DNA of 64,000 nt from Eledone cirrhosa. Its lineage: Eukaryota. Below the pieces are notes generated by a model. The model was not told where the DNA came from. It ran no database searches and worked only from the letters and a program-made list of their open reading frames with translations. Location of the stretch: assembly GCA_964016885.1 (NCBI GenBank), contig OZ024742.1, positions 341,806,001 to 341,870,000 of the forward strand, read 5' to 3'. Below are positions 57,301 to 64,000 of the stretch, in pieces; positions within the stretch are counted from its first letter, which is position 1, and each line of letters begins with the position of its first letter. The position numbers and the translations under genes were made by a program.

Positions 57301-60300
57301 TAAAACCCTGTTTCACTCTACACGGTACATCAGTGTTCTATCGACAGTGTTAGCTTCATTACAAAATTTAGTAAAACCCTGTTTCACTCTACACGGTACA
57401 TCAGTGTTCTATCGAGAGTGTTAGCTTCATTACAATATTTAGTAAAACCCTGTTTCACGCTACACTGTACATCAGTGTTCTATCGGGAGTGTTAGCTTCA
57501 TTACAATATTTAGTAAAACCCTTTATCACCCTACACGGTACATCAGTGTTCTATCGGGAGTGTTAGTTTCATTACAATATTTAGTAAAACCCTGTTTCAC
57601 GCTACACGGTACATCAGTGCTCTATCGAGAGTGTTAGCTTCATTACAATATTTAGTAAAACCCTGTATCACGCTACACGGTACATCAGTGCTCTATCGAG
57701 AGTGTTAGCTTCATTACAATATTTATTAAAACCCTGTTTCACTCTACACGGTACATCACTGTTCTATCGAGAGTTTTAGCTTCATTACATTATTTAGTAA
57801 AACCCTGTTTCACTCTACACGGTACACCAGTCTTCTATGGCGAGTGTTAACATCATTACACTATTTATTAAAACCCTGTTTCACTCTACACGGAACATCC
57901 ATGTTCTATCGAGAGTGTTAGCTTCATTACAATATTTAGTAAAACTCTGTTTCACACTATACGGTACATCAGTGTTCTATCGAGAGTGTTAGCTTCATTA
58001 CAATATTTAGTAAAACCTTGTTTCACTCTACACGGTACGTTAGTACTCTATCGAGAGTATTAGCTTTATAACAATATTTATTAAAACCCTGTTTCACTCT
58101 ACACTATACATCAGTGCTCTATCGAGTGTGTAGCTTCATTACAATATTTATTAAAACCCTGTTTTACTCTACACGGTACATCAGTGCTCTATCGAGAGTG
58201 TTATCTTCATTACAATATTTATTAAAACCCTGTTTCAATCTACACGGTACGTCAGTGTTCTATCGGGAGTGTTAGCTTCATTACAATATTGAGTAAAACG
58301 CTGTTTCACTCTACACGGTACATCAGTGTTCTATCGAGAGTGTTAGCTTCATTACAATATTTATTAAAATGCTGTTTCACTCTACACGGTACATCAGTGT
58401 TCTATCGAGAGTGTTAGCTTCATTACAATATTTATTAAAACCCTGTTTCACTCTACACGGTACATCAGTGTTCTATCGAGAGTGTTAGCTTCATTACAAT
58501 ATTTATTAAAATGCTGTTTCACTCTACACGGTACATCAGTGTTCTATCGAGAGTGTTAGCTTCATTACAATATTTAGTAAAACCCTGTTTCACGCTACAC
58601 GGTACATCAGTGATCTATCGGGAGTGTTAGCTTCATTACAATATTTAGTAAAACCCTGTATCACCCTACACGGTACATCAGTGTTCTATAGGGAGTGTTA
58701 GCTTCATTACAATATTTAGTAAAACCCTGTTTCACGCTACAGGGTACATCAGTGCTCTATCGAGAGTGTTAGCTTCATTACAATATTTAGTAAAACCCTG
58801 TTTCACGCTACACGGTACATCACTGTTCTATCGGGAGTGTTAGCTTCATTACAATATTGAGTAAAACGCTGTTTCACTCTACACGGTACATCAGTGTTCT
58901 ATCGAGAGTGTTAGCTTCATTACAATATTTATTAAAACCCTGTTTCACTCTACACGGTACATCAGTGTTCTATCGAGAGTGTTAGCTTCATTACAATATT
59001 TATTAAAATGCTGTTTCACTCTACACGGTACATCAGTGTTCTATCGAGAGTGTTAGCTTCATTACAATATTTAGTAAAACCCTGTTTCACGCTACACGGT
59101 ACATCAGTGTTCTATCGGGAGTGTTAGCTTCATTACAATATTTAGTAAAACCCTGTATCACCCTACACGGTACATCAGTGTTCTATAGGGAGTGTTAGCT
59201 TCATTACAATATTTAGTAAAACCCTGTTTCACGCTACAGGGTACATCAGTGCTCTATCGAGAGTGTTAGCTTCATTACAATATTTATTAAAACCCTGTTT
59301 CACTCTACACGGTACATCACTGTTCTATCGAGAGTTTTAGCTTCATTACAATATTTAGTAAAACCCTGTTTCACTCTACACGGTACATCAGTGCTCTATC
59401 GAGAGTGTTAGCTTCATTACAATATTCATTAAAACCCTGTTTCACTCTACACGGTACATCAGTGCTCTATCGAGAGTGTTAGCTTTATAACAATATTTAT
59501 TAAAACCCTGTTTCACTCTACACGGTACATCAGTGCTCTATCGAGAGCGTTAGCTTCTTTACTATATTTATTAAAACCCTGTTTCACTCTACACGGTACA
59601 TCAGTGTTCTATCGAGAGTGTTAGCTTCATTACAATATTTAGTAAAACCCTGTTTCACTCTACACGGTACATCAGTGCTCTATTGAGAGTGTTAGCTTCA
59701 TTACAATTTTTATTAAAACCCTGTTTCAAGCTACACGGTTCATCAGTGTTCTGTCGGGAGTGTTAGCTTCATTACAATATTTAGTAAAACCCTGTTTCAC
59801 TCTACACGGTACATCAGTGTTCTATCGGGAGTGTTAGCTTCATTACGATATTTAGTAAAAACCTGTTTCACTCTACACGGTACATCAGTGTTCTATCGAG
59901 AGTGTTAACTTCATTACAATATTTATTAACACCCTGTTTCACGCTACACGGTACATCAGTGCTCTATCGAGAGTGTTAGCTTCATAGCAATATTTATTAA
60001 AACCCTGTTTCACTCTACACGGTACACCAGTGTTCTATCGAGAGTGTTAGCTTCATTACAATATTTATTAAAACCCTGTTTCACTCTACACGGTACATCA
60101 GTGTTCTATCGAGAGTGTTTGCTTTATAACAATATTTATTAAAACCCTGTTTCACTCTACGCGGTACATCGGTGCTCTATCGGGAGTGTTAGCTTCATTA
60201 CAATATTTAGTAAAACCCTGTTTCACTCTACACGGTACACCAGTCTTCTATGGGGAGTGTTAACATCATTACAATATTTATTAAAACCCTGTTTCACTCT

Positions 60301-61266
60301 ACACGGTACATCAGTGTTCTATCGAGAGTGTTAGCTTCATTACAATATTTAGTAAAACCCTGTTTCACTCTATACGGTACATCAGTGTTCTATCGAGAGT
60401 GTTAGCTTCATTACAGTATTTAGTAAAACCCTGTTTCACTCTACACGGTACATCAGTGCTCTATCGAGAGTGTTAGCTTTATAACAATATTTATTAAAAA
60501 CCTGTTTCACTCTACACGGTACATCAGTGTTCTATCGAGAGTGTTAGCTTCATTACAGTATTTAGTAAAACCCTGTTTCACTCTACACGGTACATCAGTG
60601 TTCTATCGAGAGTGTTAGCTTCATTACAATATTCATTAAAACCCTGTTTCACTCTACACGGTACATCAGTGCTCTATCGAGAGTGTTAGCTTTATAACAA
60701 TATTTATTAAAACCCTGTTTCACTCTACACAGTACATCAGTGCTCTATCGAGAGCGTTAGCTTCTTTACAATATTTATTAAAACCCTGTTTCACTCTACA
60801 CGGTACATCAGTGTTCTATCGAGAGTGTTAGCTTCATTACAAAATTTAGTAAAACCCTGTTTCACTCTACACGGTACATCAGTGTTCTATCGAGAGTGTT
60901 AGCTTCATTACAATATTTAGTAAAACCCTGTTTCACGCTACACTGTACATCAGTGTTCTATCGGGAGTGTTAGCTTCATTACAATATTTAGTAAAACCCT
61001 TTATCACCCTACACGGTACATCAGTGTTCTATCGGGAGTGTTAGTTTCATTACAATATTTAGTAAAACCCTGTTTCACGCTACACGGTACATCAGTGCTC
61101 TATCGAGAGTGTTAGCTTCATTACAATATTTAGTAAAACCCTGTATCACGCTACACGGTACATCAGTGCTCTATCGAGAGTGTTAGCTTCATTACAATAT
61201 TTATTAAAACCCTGTTTCACTCTACACGGTACATCACTGTTCTATCGAGAGTTTTAGCTTCATTAC
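54313..61266 (+). repeat. Tandem duplication of a 3478-bp (49-monomer) block
   Basis: GGCGAGTGTTAACATCATTACACTA is at 54361 and 57839, and CTACACTATAC at 54621 and 58099 (offset 3478 = 49x71-1). The same series of private variants (GTGATCT, CTATAGGG, CAGGGTAC, CCTTTATC) occurs in both copies. Confidence 0.93.
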
Positions 61267-64000
61267 AATATTTAGTAAAACCCTGTTTCACTCTACACGG
61301 TACATCAGTGCTCTATCGAGAGTGTTAGCTTCATTACAATATTCATTAAAACCATGTTTCACTCTACACGGTACATCAGTGCTCTATCGAGAGCGTTAGC
61401 TTCTTTACAATATTTATTAAAACCCTGTTTCACTCTACACGGTACATCAGTGTTCTATCGAGAGTGTTAGCTTCATTACAGTATTTAGTAAAACCCTGTT
61501 TCACTCTACTCGATACATCAGTGTTCTATCGAGAGTGTAGCTTCATTACAATATTTAGTAAAATCTCTATCGAGATTGTTAGCTTTATAACAATATTTAT
61601 TAAAACCCTGTTTCACTCTACACGGTACATCAGTGCTCTATCGAGAGTGTTAGCTTTATAACAATATTTATTAAAAACCTGTTTCACTCTACACGTTACA
61701 TCAGTGTTCTATCGAGAGTGTTAGCTTCATTACAGTATTTAGTAAAACCCTGTTTCACTCTACACGGTACATCAGTGTTCTATCGAGAGTGTTAGCTTCA
61801 TTACAATATTCATTAAAACCCTGTTTCACTCTACACAGTACATCAGTGCTCTATCGAGAGTGTTAGCTTTATAACAATATTTATTAAAACCCTGTTTCAC
61901 TCTACACGGTACATCAGTGCTCTATCGAGAGCGTTAGCTTCTTTACAATATTTATTAAAACCCTGTTTCACTCTACACGGTACATCAGTGTTCTATCGAG
62001 AGTGTTAGCTTCATTACAATATTTAGTAAAACCCTGTTTCACTCTACACGTTACATCAGTGCTCTATCGAGAGTGTAGCTTCATTACAATATTTATTAAA
62101 ACCCTGTTTTACTCTACACGGTACATCAGTGCTCTATCGAGAGTGTTATCTTCATTACAATATTTATTAAAACCCTGTTTCAATCTACACGGTACATCAG
62201 TGTTCTATCGGGAGTGTTAGTTTCATTACAATATTTAGTAAAACGCTGTTTCACTCTACACGGTACATCAGTGTTCTATCGAGAGTGTTAGCTTCATTAC
62301 AATATTTATTAAAACCCTGTTTCACTCTACACGGTACAACAGTGTTCTATCGGGAGTGTTAGCTTCATTACAATATTTATTAAAACGCTGTTTCACTCTA
62401 CACGGTACATCAGTGTTCTATCGAGAGTGTTAGCTTCATTACAATATTTAGTAAAACCCTGTTTCACGCTACACGGTACATCAGTGTTCTATCGGGAGTG
62501 TTAGCTTCATTACAATATTTAGTAAAACCCTGTATCACCCTACACGGTACATCAGTGTTCTATCGGGAGTGTTAGCTTCATTACAATATTTAGTAAAACC
62601 CTGTTTCACGCTACACGGTACATCAGTGCTCTATCGAGAGTGTTAGCTTCATTACAATATTTAGTAAAACCCTGTTTCACGCTACACGGTACATCAGTGC
62701 TCTATCGAGAGTGTTAGCTTCACTACAATATTTATTAAAACCCTGTTTCACTCTACACGGTACATCACTGTTCTATCGAGAGTTTTAGCTTCATTACAAT
62801 ATTTAGTAAAACCCTGTTTCACTCTACACGGTACATCAGTGCTCTATCGAGAGTGTTAGCTTCATTACTATATTCATTAAAACCCTGTTTCACTCTACAC
62901 GGTACATCAGTGCTCTATCGAGAGTGTTAGCTTTATAACAATATTTATTAAAACCCTGTTTCACGCTACACGGTACATCAGTGCTCTATCGAGAGTGTTA
63001 GCTTCATTACAGTATTTAGTAAAACCCTGTTTCACTCTACTCGATACATCAGTGTTCTATCGATAGTGTAGCTTCATTACAATATTTATTAAAACCCTGT
63101 TTCACTCTACACGGTAAATCAGTGCTCTATTGAGAGTGTTAGCTTCATTACAATATTCAGTAAAACCCTGTTTCACGCTACACGGTACATCAGTGCTCTA
63201 TCGAGAGTGTTAGCTTCATTACAATATTTAGAAAAACCCTGTTTCACGCTACACGGTACATCAGTGCTCTATCGGGAGTGTTAGCTTCATTACAATATTT
63301 ATTAAAACGCTGTTTCACTCGACACGGTACATCAGTGTTCTATCGGGAGTGTTAGCTTCATTACAATATTTAGTAAAACCCTGTTTCACGCTACACGGTA
63401 CATCAGTGCTCTATCGAGAGTGTTAGCTTCATTACAATATTTATTAAAACCCTGTTTCACTCTACACGGTACATCACTGTTCTATCGAGAGTTTTAGCTT
63501 CATTACAATATTTAGTAAAACCCTGTTTCACTCTACATTGTACATCAGTGCTCTATCGAGAGTGTTAGCTTCATTACAATATTCATTAAAACCCTGTTTC
63601 AATCTACACGGTACATCAGTGCTCTATCGAGACTGTTAGCTTTATAACAATATTTATTAAAACCCTGTTTCATTCTACACGGTACATCAGTGCTCTACCG
63701 AGAGCGTTAGCTTCTTTACAATATTTATTAAAACCCTGTTTCACTCTACACGGTACATCAGTGTTCTATCTAGAGTGTTAGCTTCATTACAGTATTTAGT
63801 AAAACCCTGTTTCACTCTACTCGATACATCAGTGTTCTATCGAGAGTGTAGCTTCATTACAATATTTATTAAAACCCTGTTTCACTCTACACGGTACATC
63901 AGTGCTCTATTGAGAGTGTTAGCTTCATTACAATTTTTATTAAAACCCTGTTTCAAGCTACACGGTTCATCAGTGTTCTGTCGGGAGTGTTAGCTTCATT

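Larger units (their letters stand above)
1..64000 (+). repeat. Satellite DNA array, 71-bp monomer, about 900 head-to-tail copies, open at both window ends
   Basis: The consensus unit (e.g. 781-851) counts to 71 nt and recurs continuously in one orientation. Most monomers differ from consensus by 0-5 substitutions. Length variants are 70 bp (common), 72 bp, one 64 bp and one 42 bp. Confidence 0.99.

Noticed and set aside
2451-63993. The 65-103 aa ORFs (MLASLQYLVKPCFTL...) as a tandem gene family or repeat protein
   Set aside because: They are translations of about three satellite monomers. Because 71 is not divisible by 3, each monomer is read in a different frame. They mostly start at GTG within the repeat and exist only where an indel or substitution skips the TAG in TGTTAG. 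There is no unique flanking sequence or recognisable domain.
1-64000. CRISPR array or other repeat-spacer cassette system
   Set aside because: There are no unique spacers, since the entire 71 bp is conserved between units. No leader or cas genes are present.
1-64000. Strict 142-bp dimeric repeat based on the TAGT/TATT or GTT/GCT alternation
   Set aside because: The variants occur in runs and irregular order rather than strict alternation, so the basic period is 71 bp.
1-64000. Synthetic concatemer, rolling-circle artefact or a deliberate code in the variant order
   Set aside because: Variants are shared hierarchically between distant blocks at whole-monomer offsets, as expected from natural mutation plus duplication. 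Duplication history is enough to explain the order.
1-64000. Hidden transposon insertion, inversion or unique island
   Set aside because: Reading through the window I found no non-satellite segment and no reverse-oriented monomer. The largest disruptions are the 7-bp and 29-bp deletions.

Overview
The whole 64-kb window is one uninterrupted, head-to-tail satellite DNA array of roughly 900 copies of a 71-bp monomer. The consensus is GTTTCACTCTACACGGTACATCAGTG(T/C)TCTATCGAGAGTGTTAGCTTCATTACAATATTTA(G/T)TAAAACCCT, about 37% GC by count. I saw no unique sequence, inversion, transposon, RNA gene, CRISPR spacer or credible gene. The ORF track is an artefact: nearly every ORF marks a 70-bp monomer whose 1-bp deletion (GTGTTAG to GTGTAG) removes a stop codon. 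The real information lies in the order of monomer variants. It shows a recurrent 5-monomer cassette, nested near-identical duplications whose offsets are whole numbers of monomers (4 to 60), a central domain (about 19.5-39.6 kb) with its own roughly 30-mer higher-order repeat and private variants, and chimeric junction monomers. This is typical of eukaryotic heterochromatic or centromere-like satellite. I do not recognise the family or organism, and I found no evidence of a novel protein-coding system. Coordinates and counts were read by eye, so boundaries are approximate (about one monomer).
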